Shown piece by piece: positions 9,864 through 19,207 of a stretch of DNA of 64,000 nt (the first letter of the stretch is position 1; each line of letters begins with the position of its first letter). The notes under the pieces were generated by a model. The model was given only the letters and a program-made list of their open reading frames with translations. It had not been told where the DNA came from and searched no databases. The position numbers and the translations under genes are program-made. The DNA comes from Patescibacteria group bacterium (GTDB lineage Bacteria; Patescibacteriota; Microgenomatia; UBA12405): NCBI GenBank assembly GCA_050943115.1, contig JBMNON010000002.1:27157-91156 (forward strand), read 5' to 3'.

Positions 9864-10624
9864 GCAGTCTCAGCTTTGATATGCCGGATAAGATTTTTGG
9901 ATTTGAAAGTTCACTTTTAAAGTATTTCGCTCTTCCGGTGGTGTTGGTGGTACTAGTTTTTGTTAGTTTTTCTTTTGTACTACAACCGAAAATTGATGAG
10001 ATTAGTAAAATGAGGAAAGATATGATTTTGTTGAAGGAGCAAAAGTCGAAAATTGTGGAAAAGAAGAACTATTTATTATCTGTTGATGAAGATGAACTTA
10101 AGGAAAATGACAAATATTTGTCAAATTCGGTTCTTAGAGATAGAAATTCTTACTTTCTTGTCGGGGTAATAAGGAGGATTGCAGACAAACATTTATTTAT
10201 GGTGGATAGTTTTAATGTTTCCCCGGGAGAATTGGCAAAAGAAGATACGGCAAAGAAGAGCCAGACAAAAACTGGTTATACAAGTATTCCGGTTAAAATT
10301 AATCTTATTGGTCCCAAGAGCGAATATTTAAATTTGCTTTTGGCAATGGAAAAGAGTTTGCCAGTGTTGTCGATAGATAATTTTGATATGAAGCTAAAAG
10401 ATAATTTGGCTGAGTTAAGCTTAACCGTTTCATCATATTTTGTTGAAGCAAGAAAGGAAATGACATCGAATGATCTATCTTTGTCCGATCTGACCTTAAA
10501 TAAAACTGAGCAGGAACTTCTAAGCCGGATTGGAGAATTTGAGGATTATGCTTCGTTCGGACAAGTAGATATCGAAGGAAAGGAGTTTGTTGAGTACGAA
10601 AGAGGAAATCCTTTCAGTCTTTGA
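9860..10624 (+). CDS. pilO: PilO-like pilus assembly protein
   Basis: ATGA overlap with the pilN stop. N-terminal TM (YFALPVVLVVLVFVSF) and coiled coil. Position after pilN. Confidence 0.45.
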   Translation: MSSLSFDMPDKIFGFESSLLKYFALPVVLVVLVFVSFSFVLQPKIDEISKMRKDMILLKEQKSKIVEKKNYLLSVDEDELKENDKYLSNSVLRDRNSYFLVGVIRRIADKHLFMVDSFNVSPGELAKEDTAKKSQTKTGYTSIPVKINLIGPKSEYLNLLLAMEKSLPVLSIDNFDMKLKDNLAELSLTVSSYFVEARKEMTSNDLSLSDLTLNKTEQELLSRIGEFEDYASFGQVDIEGKEFVEYERGNPFSL

Positions 10625-10841
10625 TTTCGAGGTTAAAGCGTTGATTAGGATAAGAGACGGTTAAGATGGTTCTGATAGCTTTAATGACCCGACCTTCTTT
10701 GCCAATAATTTGACCGATTACATCAGAGGGAGCGCTGACTTCAAGAATGGTAACCCCCTTTTCTTCCCTATCATCAACTGAAATTTGATCTGATGAATCT
10801 TTGAGGATTGATTTTAAAATATATTCTAAGGTTTCTTTCAT
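10614..10841 (-). CDS. KH-domain RNA-binding protein (YlqC/UPF0109 family)
   Basis: 75 aa with GXXG motif IGKEGRVIKAIR. Typical neighbour of rpsP. Confidence 0.7.
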   Translation of the reverse strand: MKETLEYILKSILKDSSDQISVDDREEKGVTILEVSAPSDVIGQIIGKEGRVIKAIRTILTVSYPNQRFNLEIKD

Positions 10842-10843
10842 AG

Positions 10844-11197
10844 TTATTGTTGGTTTTCCGATTGGCTGTTTGTTTCAAGAGAAGCTTCTTCCCCTATTCC
10901 TTCTTGGCTTTCTTGTTTGTCTTCTTTGGTATCGGTTTTAGTTGTTTTACCGGACTTGGGTTTGTTAGGATATTTGTCAGGATTAAGGAGTTTGTCAACG
11001 CCGAGAGTAATTTGAGCACCTTTTTCCTGCCATTGTTTTAGCTTATCGCTGTCAATGTTTACGGTTTTTGTTTGGGGTGTGTAAAAGCCAATGTCATCAA
11101 CAAAGATTCCATTGACCTTACTTCTGGCTTCGGCAACAACGACACGAAAGGTTCGTTGATGTTTTTTGCCTCTAGGTGCGAGTTTTATTTTTAGCAT
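10844..11197 (-). CDS. rpsP: 30S ribosomal protein S16
   Basis: MLKIKLAPRGKKHQRTFRVVVAEARSKVNG plus a lysine-rich C-terminal extension. Confidence 0.85.
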   Translation of the reverse strand: MLKIKLAPRGKKHQRTFRVVVAEARSKVNGIFVDDIGFYTPQTKTVNIDSDKLKQWQEKGAQITLGVDKLLNPDKYPNKPKSGKTTKTDTKEDKQESQEGIGEEASLETNSQSENQQ

Positions 11198-11205
11198 AAG
11201 GTGGA

Positions 11206-11916
11206 TTATACAAGACTTTTGAGAATTTTGGTAGCTTTAATCGAGGCTTTTTCTTCTGCTTCCTGCTTTGAGGAGCCTTTGCCGGAGGCGATTATTTCAT
11301 TACCCAGGTAAGCGGCGACTTCGAAAACTTTTTGGTGATCCGGACCGATTTCCTTTATAGTTTCATAATGAGGGGTAACCCCCTTTTTGGATTGGGCGAG
11401 TTCCTGAAATATGCTTTTTGGATCTTTGTATATTTTTTGCTGAGAGAGTTTGTTGAGACTGTCTATCAGAAAGGTATCAAGAAAGACAAAGGCAGCTTCC
11501 AATCCTCCGTCCAGGAAAATTGCACCCAAAAGAGCTTCAAAAGTATCGGCAAGAATTGAAGGGTTATTGCGGCCACCGTGTTTTTCTTCACCCTTAGAGA
11601 GGTAGACGTGCCTATCAAGGCCTATCGATTGGGTGGCTTGGGCCAAGTTAGGGGTTCTAACAACCAGTGCCCTAAGATTAGTCATCTGACCTTCGGGCAT
11701 AAGGGGAAACTTGCGAAATAAGTTGATGGAGCACCATAGTTCGAGAACGGCATCTCCCAAAAATTCATATCTTTCATTTGACTTTAATTTCAATTGTTTG
11801 TTTTCATTTAAGTAGGAACGATGCAACAAGGATTGGTGCAATTTCTTTTTATCCTTAAACTGGTAGCGGATTTGTTTTTCCAGTTCCTGGGTGTCAGGTT
11901 GTTGGTTTGGAGTCAT
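11206..11916 (-). CDS. rnc: ribonuclease III
   Basis: RNase III signature ERYEFLGDAVLEL. C-terminal dsRBD. Confidence 0.85.
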   Translation of the reverse strand: MTPNQQPDTQELEKQIRYQFKDKKKLHQSLLHRSYLNENKQLKLKSNERYEFLGDAVLELWCSINLFRKFPLMPEGQMTNLRALVVRTPNLAQATQSIGLDRHVYLSKGEEKHGGRNNPSILADTFEALLGAIFLDGGLEAAFVFLDTFLIDSLNKLSQQKIYKDPKSIFQELAQSKKGVTPHYETIKEIGPDHQKVFEVAAYLGNEIIASGKGSSKQEAEEKASIKATKILKSLV

Positions 11917-12280
11917 TTTTCACAATTAAATTTAAATCTTTGACAATACTTCCGAGGACCGCATTGACAAAAGAAGGACTTGATTCTGTTCCGTATTCTT
12001 TGGCAATTTCAATAGCCTCGTCGATAACTACTTTAGGTGGTGTATCTTGGTGGAAAAGTAACTCCCAACTAGCATATCTAAGGATACTCAGGTCGATTTT
12101 GTTAATTTTATCCAGAGGCCACTTAGGTGCATTTCTGGTGATAATGGGATCAATTTCGTCAATTTTTTCAATTACTTCACTAACTTCAGATATATTGTTA
12201 CGATTTCCGTAATTCCAGGCAAAAAGTTTTTGCATGGCTTTAATTCTTTTTATGTGTCTTGGATCTCGTCGATTTTTCAC
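11894..12280 (-). CDS. nusB: transcription antitermination factor NusB
   Basis: 128 aa with a NusB-like C-terminus (IDEAIEIAKEYGTESSPSFVNAVLGSI). GTG start, or an ATG 14 codons in. Confidence 0.65.
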   Translation of the reverse strand: MKNRRDPRHIKRIKAMQKLFAWNYGNRNNISEVSEVIEKIDEIDPIITRNAPKWPLDKINKIDLSILRYASWELLFHQDTPPKVVIDEAIEIAKEYGTESSPSFVNAVLGSIVKDLNLIVKNDSKPTT

Positions 12281-12429
12281 TGTTTACAGTTGACGCATTG
12301 AAAGCCGGCCATTTTGGGCTGGCCACAATGTTTACATAGAACAGTTTTTTGTAATTTTGGACCGGTTTGAGAAGCCCGTCTTTTTCCTTGACGGCGGCTT
12401 GAAGGCCAATGTTTAGGTAAGGCTGTCAT
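12277..12429 (-). CDS. rpmF: 50S ribosomal protein L32 (50 aa; missing from the ORF track because <60 aa)
   Basis: Translation MTALPKHWPSSRRQGKRRASQTGPKLQKTVLCKHCGQPKMAGFQCVNCKQ shows the basic N-terminus and CxxC...CxxC zinc ribbon of L32. Confidence 0.7.
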   Translation of the reverse strand: MTALPKHWPSSRRQGKRRASQTGPKLQKTVLCKHCGQPKMAGFQCVNCKQ

Positions 12430-12472
12430 GTTGAGTATTTTAACCTATGTTTGTAGCTAAAACAATACTGAC

Positions 12473-14485
12473 TTAATTGTATATAAAGGATTGGGTAGCC
12501 TGGTGGGGGGAGGATAAGAGAGTTTTTATATCAAATTCCGGGTGTTTGGTTATTAACTCCTGCAGAATGGACTTAGACAGGCTTATAAGACGTAAATCCG
12601 AAATATTTGCCAGTCTTAGGGAGGGGTATCCGTGCTGCAGGGTGGAAAAGGCCTCTCCGGGACCTCTGGTTTTTAGATCGTATTCGGCAATTTTCAGGCC
12701 TTGGGTGTGTTTTTCTAAGTATTTTAGTCGGTCAAGCGACTTTTGATTATCTGACTGCGTAAAAAAATAGCAATAGCTTTGTTCCTGGCCGCGGCCTACC
12801 CTACCCCGGAGCTGGTGAAGTTGTGCAAGACCAAATCGATCGGCTGATTGAATAATGATAATAGTAGCATTGGCTACATCGATTCCAACTTCGATAATTG
12901 GAGTAGTGATGAGAATATTTATTTTATTGTTTCGGAATTTTTGGAAGACATTTTCCCTTTCAGCAGTTTTTGTTTTTCCGTGAACCAAGGCCAGCTTGAG
13001 GTTGGGAAATATACTTTTGGACAGGTAGTCAAATTCTTTTACGGCAGATTTGATTGATTCCATTGACTCGGACTCTTCAATGAAAGGACAAACGATATAG
13101 GCTTGTTGTTTGGTGTTTTTTATGTAGTTGTTTACCCAGTTGTAGCAGTTGGAAATTTTGTTATTGGGAACAAGAAAGGTTTTGATGGGTAACCTGTTTT
13201 GGGGTAGGGTGTCGATGCTTGAAAGATCGAGGTTGCCAAGTAAGGTAAGACTGATGGTTCGGGGAATGGGGGTGGCGCTCATGGTTATACAGTGGGGAGG
13301 TCTATCCAGGGAAGATAAAAATGACCTTTGTTTAACTCCAAATTTGTGTTGTTCATCGACTATTAATAATGCGATTTTGTTCTCGATACTTTTTTTGCGG
13401 TATATGGCAGCATGAGTACTAATAATAATGGCATTTTTGGGAATTTCATTAATATTATTTTTTGAGTTACCGGTAAGTAAAAGTATGGGGATTTTGTAAT
13501 TTTTAAAGAATTGTTGAAAGTTTTGATAATGCTGTCTTGCCAGGACTTCAGTAGGGGCCAAAACCAAGCTGACTGAATTATTGAGTGAAGCCAGTAGAGT
13601 CGAGAGCATGGCAATAATTGTTTTTCCTGAACCAACATCACCTTGAATCAACCTATTTGTCGGCTTGCAGGGTGATATAAGGTCTCCAAGGGTTTCCTGC
13701 CAGACTTTTACCTGAGAAGAAGTAAGTTTGAAAGGAAGATTTTGTATAAACTTTTTTATCGTATTCTTGATTTTGTCGTTTTCCACTAGAATAGTTCTGG
13801 GGGTTTTTGATACCCAGGCAGCTTTTTGAAGATATGACTGAGCCTGAAGTGATAGTATTTCATTAACACTAAGGCGAAGCCGAGCTTCGTTTAGCAGTTG
13901 ATCGTTTTTGGGGAGATGGATTTGCTGAAGAGAGGACCTTAGGCTTGGAAGTTGGTGTTCTATTAGAACGGTCCGGGGAAGATTATCGTGGATATCATTA
14001 ATAAGGTGGTCAAGGTTTTGCTGGATAGTTTTTCTAAACCACTTGGATGTAAGCCCTTGGGTTTCCGGGTAAACGGCAATAATTTTTCCGGTATTATATT
14101 TTCCGTATTCCGGAGATATTAGAGTAAATTTGTTTTGATAAACAGAAACGGTGCCGGCGAAACTATATATTTTGTTTGCTTCTATTGCTTTAGATAAATA
14201 TGGTTGGTTAAACCATATTATGTCAATGGAACCGGAAGAATCGACCACTTTGGCCTTTTGAATTTGCTTGTTACTTCTGGTGTGGATATTCTTAAGATAA
14301 GTTACTTTACCGGTAATGGTGACGTTGGTATTTTCTTCTATTTCTGAAATAGGAATGTTTTTAGAGAAATCAATATAGCGGTGGGGATAATGGAAGAGAA
14401 GATCGCTGGGGTTTTCAATACCGAGCCGGTTGAGTTTTTCAATAGTTTTGGGGCCTATACCCGGAATTTCAGTTAGCTTGTCCAT
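12473..14485 (-). CDS. recG: ATP-dependent DNA helicase RecG
   Basis: Walker A GDVGSGKT, DEQHKFGV, helicase C motifs. N-terminal wedge/HhH (IPGIGPKTIEKL). Confidence 0.85.
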   Translation of the reverse strand: MDKLTEIPGIGPKTIEKLNRLGIENPSDLLFHYPHRYIDFSKNIPISEIEENTNVTITGKVTYLKNIHTRSNKQIQKAKVVDSSGSIDIIWFNQPYLSKAIEANKIYSFAGTVSVYQNKFTLISPEYGKYNTGKIIAVYPETQGLTSKWFRKTIQQNLDHLINDIHDNLPRTVLIEHQLPSLRSSLQQIHLPKNDQLLNEARLRLSVNEILSLQAQSYLQKAAWVSKTPRTILVENDKIKNTIKKFIQNLPFKLTSSQVKVWQETLGDLISPCKPTNRLIQGDVGSGKTIIAMLSTLLASLNNSVSLVLAPTEVLARQHYQNFQQFFKNYKIPILLLTGNSKNNINEIPKNAIIISTHAAIYRKKSIENKIALLIVDEQHKFGVKQRSFLSSLDRPPHCITMSATPIPRTISLTLLGNLDLSSIDTLPQNRLPIKTFLVPNNKISNCYNWVNNYIKNTKQQAYIVCPFIEESESMESIKSAVKEFDYLSKSIFPNLKLALVHGKTKTAERENVFQKFRNNKINILITTPIIEVGIDVANATIIIIQSADRFGLAQLHQLRGRVGRGQEQSYCYFFTQSDNQKSLDRLKYLEKHTQGLKIAEYDLKTRGPGEAFSTLQHGYPSLRLANISDLRLISLSKSILQELITKHPEFDIKTLLSSPHQATQSFIYN

Positions 14486-14612
14486 GAGCTTATTTATGTT
14501 ATCATTTTACTGTGAAAATGAAATCAAAGACGCTCAAGAAAGCTGTTCTGATAATCGGTATGGTAACATTACTATTGTCAGGTATTGCTCCCTTTTTAAG
14601 TGTTTTGATTAG

Positions 14613-17315
14613 ATGAAAGAGCGGATTAGAATAAAACTAATTCAGGCCAAAAGAAAAATCCAGTTTATATTGCAAGATTGGAGGCAAAAGTTGGCAAAAA
14701 AGAACATATCCTTAAAGAATAAAAGATTATGGTATGGTATGTTTTTGGCGACTTTTATTTTGATTATTGTTGGTTTCATAGGAACTGTGACGGTTTTTGC
14801 CTGGTTTTCAAAAGATTTACCGACACCTTCTAAGGTGGTAAGGAGAGAGGGGTATTCCAGCCGTATTTATGATAGGAATGGTCAAGTGCTTTATGATGTT
14901 TATAAAGATGCCAAGAGAAGGCCGGTTACTTTTGACCAATTGCCGGATTATTTAAAGCAAGCAACAGTCGCTGTTGAAGACAAGGATTTTTATAATCATA
15001 AAGGATTTGACCCTTTGACACCTTTTAGGATTGCCAAAAACATAATATTCAACCAGAGGTTGATTGGAGGTTCGACACTGACCCAGCAGTTGGTAAAGAA
15101 TGTTTTGCTTACTCCGGAACGGAAGGTGACAAGAAAGATAAGAGAGTTAATTTTGGCAATCCAAATTGAAGCCAAGTATGACAAAGATGATATTTTACTT
15201 ATGTATTTAAATGAAGCTCCGTATGGTGGGGCAGCCTGGGGGGTTGGTAGCGGAGCTGAACAGTACTTCAACAAATCAGTTGCTGATCTTAGTTTGGCAG
15301 AATCGGTTATTTTGGCTGGTTTGCCGCAAAGACCGAATGCTTATTCGCCTTTTTCCAGTACGCCTACGGCTTATGTTGACAGAGCTTCTCACGTTTTGGA
15401 TCGGATGGAGCAAGACGGTTACATAAGTACCGAACTGAAAGAAAAAACTTTGGAAGAAATAAAAAACTATGTGTTTTATGATAATAAAACCTCGATAATT
15501 GCTCCACACTTCGTTTTTTGGGTGAAAGAGGAACTTGCCAAAAAGTATGGAGAGGATGTTGTTGAAGGTGGAGGCTTAAAGGTTTACACAACCCTTGATC
15601 TTGATTTACACAATGAAGTGCAAAATATCGTATCCGAAGAAATCGATAAGGCCGAGAAATTAGGAATAAGCAATGGAGCAGCTCTAGTGTTGGATCCAAC
15701 AACAGGAGAGGTTTTGTCAATGGTGGGTTCAAGAGGATATTTTTCCGACAAGACCAGTGGTAAGTTTAATGTGGTGACCCAAGGGTTAAGGCAACCGGGA
15801 TCAGCCATAAAACCAGTGACTTACCTGATGGGTTTAAGGAAGGGATATACGGCGGCTTCCCTGATTATGGATACACCGGTAACTTTTCCTGGCGGACCAG
15901 GTCAAAAGGACTATTCTCCTAAGAATTATAATGGTAATTATAACGGACCGATGTCCTTGAGGGATGCCTTGGGAAACTCAATAAATACGACAGCTGTTAA
16001 AATGTTGGCAAATGTGGGTGTCGAAAATATGTTGAGACAAGCTTATGAGATGGGCATGTCTACTTTGGAACCGACAAAGGAAAATTTATCCAGGTTTGGG
16101 TTGGCAGTAACTTTAGGAGGAGCTGAAGTAACTATGGCAGACATGGGCCAAGCATATTCTTCGTTTGCAAATGGGGGCAAGAAAGTTGATTTGGTTGGCG
16201 TGTTAAAAGTAGAAGATAGTAATGGAAGAGTTTTGGAAGAATATAAGCATGTAGAAGGTAAAAGTGTCATGAGTCCTCAGGAAGCATTCATAATATCACA
16301 TATTCTTTCGGATAATTCAGCAAGACAGTTGACTTTTGGATCTGTCAATGGATTAATAATTCCCAATTATCAGGTGGCTGTTAAAACTGGCACAACCAAT
16401 GATTTAAAAGATAACTGGGCAATCGGTTGGACGCCCAATCTTTTGGCGGTTGCTTGGGTGGGAAATAATGACAATACGGCCATGAGTAGAGTGGCTTCCG
16501 GAGTTTCCGGGGCAACGCCGATATGGAAACGGATAATGATGCATGAATTGCCCAACAGGCCAAAACAGGATTTTTCGATACCGGATAAGGTGGTCAATTT
16601 GGAAGTGGACAGGGTATCCGGATATTTAGCCCATGATGGATTTGAAACTAAACATGATTATTTTATTCAGGGTTTAGAACCCAAGGGACCAGATCCAATA
16701 CATTTAAAGCTAAAGGTATGCAAAGGAAGTTTTGGATTGGCCACTCCGGAAGATGTGGCCAGGGGAAATTATGATGAAAGGGAGTATTGGAAATTCAGAG
16801 AACAGGACCCGATTTCAACCGATGGGAAAAATCGGTGGCAGGAAGGTATCGATTGGTGGATCGGCACACAACCCGAGAAGGACAAGTACCACTCGCCTGA
16901 GGATTATTGTCGGGATGATGGGATGGTGGGTGTTGATTTCGAGAGTCCTTCTGATCATGCAACTGTTGGATCTACCTTTGATATCAGGATAAAGCCCGTT
17001 TCGGTAAAAAAAATAATCGAAGTGAAGTTGTGGGTGAATGGTGAAGAAAAGAAGGTTTGGTCAGAAAGACCGTATGAGGTTAGTATGAATTTGGCGGATG
17101 GTAAGTATACCTTAAAAACAAGAGTGGTTGACAAAGACGGAATGACGGGTGAGAGGGAAATAAGTGTGGGTGTAAATGTACCATGGGATTGGGAGCCTTC
17201 GCCGACATTGACACCGAGTCCGACAGCTGCACCAACTGTTAAGCCAAGCCCGACTGACGTAATAGTACCGACGGTAACCTTGATACCTACAAAAAGTGAC
17301 GAAGACGAAAACTAG
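14613..17315 (+). CDS. penicillin-binding protein 1A (bifunctional GT51 transglycosylase / transpeptidase) with C-terminal extension
   Basis: N-terminal TM. GT51 motifs (AVEDKDFYNHKGFD, GGSTLTQQL). Transpeptidase SAIKP, SxN, KTGT. Then a ~250-aa extra domain and a PSPT-rich tail. Confidence 0.85.
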   Translation: MKERIRIKLIQAKRKIQFILQDWRQKLAKKNISLKNKRLWYGMFLATFILIIVGFIGTVTVFAWFSKDLPTPSKVVRREGYSSRIYDRNGQVLYDVYKDAKRRPVTFDQLPDYLKQATVAVEDKDFYNHKGFDPLTPFRIAKNIIFNQRLIGGSTLTQQLVKNVLLTPERKVTRKIRELILAIQIEAKYDKDDILLMYLNEAPYGGAAWGVGSGAEQYFNKSVADLSLAESVILAGLPQRPNAYSPFSSTPTAYVDRASHVLDRMEQDGYISTELKEKTLEEIKNYVFYDNKTSIIAPHFVFWVKEELAKKYGEDVVEGGGLKVYTTLDLDLHNEVQNIVSEEIDKAEKLGISNGAALVLDPTTGEVLSMVGSRGYFSDKTSGKFNVVTQGLRQPGSAIKPVTYLMGLRKGYTAASLIMDTPVTFPGGPGQKDYSPKNYNGNYNGPMSLRDALGNSINTTAVKMLANVGVENMLRQAYEMGMSTLEPTKENLSRFGLAVTLGGAEVTMADMGQAYSSFANGGKKVDLVGVLKVEDSNGRVLEEYKHVEGKSVMSPQEAFIISHILSDNSARQLTFGSVNGLIIPNYQVAVKTGTTNDLKDNWAIGWTPNLLAVAWVGNNDNTAMSRVASGVSGATPIWKRIMMHELPNRPKQDFSIPDKVVNLEVDRVSGYLAHDGFETKHDYFIQGLEPKGPDPIHLKLKVCKGSFGLATPEDVARGNYDEREYWKFREQDPISTDGKNRWQEGIDWWIGTQPEKDKYHSPEDYCRDDGMVGVDFESPSDHATVGSTFDIRIKPVSVKKIIEVKLWVNGEEKKVWSERPYEVSMNLADGKYTLKTRVVDKDGMTGEREISVGVNVPWDWEPSPTLTPSPTAAPTVKPSPTDVIVPTVTLIPTKSDEDEN

Positions 17316-19207
17316 GTTAGGTTAAATGCTTTTAAGTGTTCCGATTTTGCAGTTTTATCGTCTGTGTTGTAGTAAGCGACACGAAAAGTGTAACGAAAGA
17401 TTTTATTGCGGGGGTCTTCAAATATATCGATAATATCCATTTGCCAAAGATATTTTTTGTTTATTATTTCACGGTATTTTGCAAGTAAATCTTGGGTCGA
17501 TTGGGGTTTGGACAAGGTGACGTTGGCATCCAGGGTGATAATCTGTTTTGTTAGTTCGTAGGATGTAGTCAATTTAGGGTCCTGGATCAGGAATTGGTGC
17601 TGTTTTTTCAGATATGTAAGGTCAACTGTTTTAAGAAGATTTTCCAGATCAATTTCTATATATAAATCCTGATTGTTGTTGGAAAACTGATTGTGGTTGG
17701 GAATTTTTACTTTAAGATTTTTAAATAGGGATCCCAAGTCTTTTATTAGTTGTATCTTAGATTGATGGTAAATACCAAGAGAGTACTTTTCGTGATAGTT
17801 ATCCCCTACCCTGTAGTATATTTTCCCAACTTCAAAGAACTGTTGCCGTGGTAATTTGAAGCGGTCATAGTAATCTTTTTGTTCCAAGAGAGATGAAATT
17901 AAACTGGCACGAAGAACCGGGTATTCAGAGTTTATGCTATTTTGGGTGTAGACAGGTTTTGAAGTTTTTGGGATAAAATCGGTTATCAGTGATCCGGGCT
18001 TAATTAAAGGCCAGGATCTAACTTCGTCGTAGCCGAGGTTGACTAGGATGTTTTTAACTGACTCGATAAGATAAAGAATCGGCGGAGTGATATCGGGCAG
18101 CGGAGAGGGAGATATTGGTTGATCTAGAGGAATTTTTTGATAACCCCAGAAGCGAATGATTTCTTCAATCAAGTCTTCTTCTATCGCCAGATCTTTTCTG
18201 AGTGTGGGAGGAGTAATTTTATAACAATCGTTTATTTTATCAATACTACAACCTAAAGATTGGAGGGTGTTAAGGGCAAATTCAGGGGGGATTGGTATGC
18301 CAGCAAACAGGGAAGGTTTGTCGGGGTTGAAGGGTATTGTTGGCAGAAAAGGTTGCTGGATGTAAATATCAGTGGTGTTACTGGTTACTGTGCCTCCAGT
18401 TAGTTGGGTAATTAAGTTTATAAGATGGTTGAAGGCCTGAGGGATTAGCTGTGTATCCAATTCTTTGTCAAGACGAATGCCGGCTTCGGTTATGACCTTA
18501 AGTTGCCTTGAATCAGATCTTACCCGAGAACGGTTATAAATTGCCATTTCAATTATCGTTTCAGTAGTATTGTTGCTTATACCGGAGTTTTGACCACCAA
18601 TGAAACTTAGGCTGAGGGGTTTTTTGGGGTTACTAATCAGTAGAGTGTCGGGTGTTAAATTGAGCCTGCTTCCATCCAGGGTGATGAAATCCTTATACTT
18701 ATCGTTGTTGTTTTCCCAGATTAGTTCATCACTGGTAACGGCAGTGTCGAAAGCGTGGCAGGGTATTCCGTAATAAAGCATGATGTAATTAGTCAGATCA
18801 ACGACATTATTAATGGCATTGATATCATGCTGTGCTAGGAGCTTTCTTAGCCACAGAGGTGATGGCTGTACTCTTATATTTGAAATCTTTACAGCCATAA
18901 CACGCTTAACATCTTTATCTGTAGTAATCCTGATTGGCAGATTATAATTATTTTGGGTTTTAAGAGGAGCTGGTGGAGGTAAGGTTAGAGTTTGATGGTA
19001 TAAAACCGAAAGCTCTTTGGCGATTCCATAATAAGACAAGGCGTCTCCCCTATTTTGTCGGATTTCAAGACTAATGACTGAGTCATTTTTATATTCACTG
19101 TAACTGTCCATGAAATGTCCGATCATAGTCAAGTCATTGCCAATGGCTTTTGGGCTAAGACTTAGTTGGGGAAGAAGTTGTTTTAGCTGAGAATAAACAA
19201 TTTTCAT
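17312..19207 (-). CDS. pheT: phenylalanine--tRNA ligase beta subunit (short form, 631 aa)
   Basis: Immediately downstream of pheS. B3/B4 and catalytic-like core present. Apparently lacks the C-terminal anticodon-binding domain. Confidence 0.7.
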   Translation of the reverse strand: MKIVYSQLKQLLPQLSLSPKAIGNDLTMIGHFMDSYSEYKNDSVISLEIRQNRGDALSYYGIAKELSVLYHQTLTLPPPAPLKTQNNYNLPIRITTDKDVKRVMAVKISNIRVQPSPLWLRKLLAQHDINAINNVVDLTNYIMLYYGIPCHAFDTAVTSDELIWENNNDKYKDFITLDGSRLNLTPDTLLISNPKKPLSLSFIGGQNSGISNNTTETIIEMAIYNRSRVRSDSRQLKVITEAGIRLDKELDTQLIPQAFNHLINLITQLTGGTVTSNTTDIYIQQPFLPTIPFNPDKPSLFAGIPIPPEFALNTLQSLGCSIDKINDCYKITPPTLRKDLAIEEDLIEEIIRFWGYQKIPLDQPISPSPLPDITPPILYLIESVKNILVNLGYDEVRSWPLIKPGSLITDFIPKTSKPVYTQNSINSEYPVLRASLISSLLEQKDYYDRFKLPRQQFFEVGKIYYRVGDNYHEKYSLGIYHQSKIQLIKDLGSLFKNLKVKIPNHNQFSNNNQDLYIEIDLENLLKTVDLTYLKKQHQFLIQDPKLTTSYELTKQIITLDANVTLSKPQSTQDLLAKYREIINKKYLWQMDIIDIFEDPRNKIFRYTFRVAYYNTDDKTAKSEHLKAFNLT

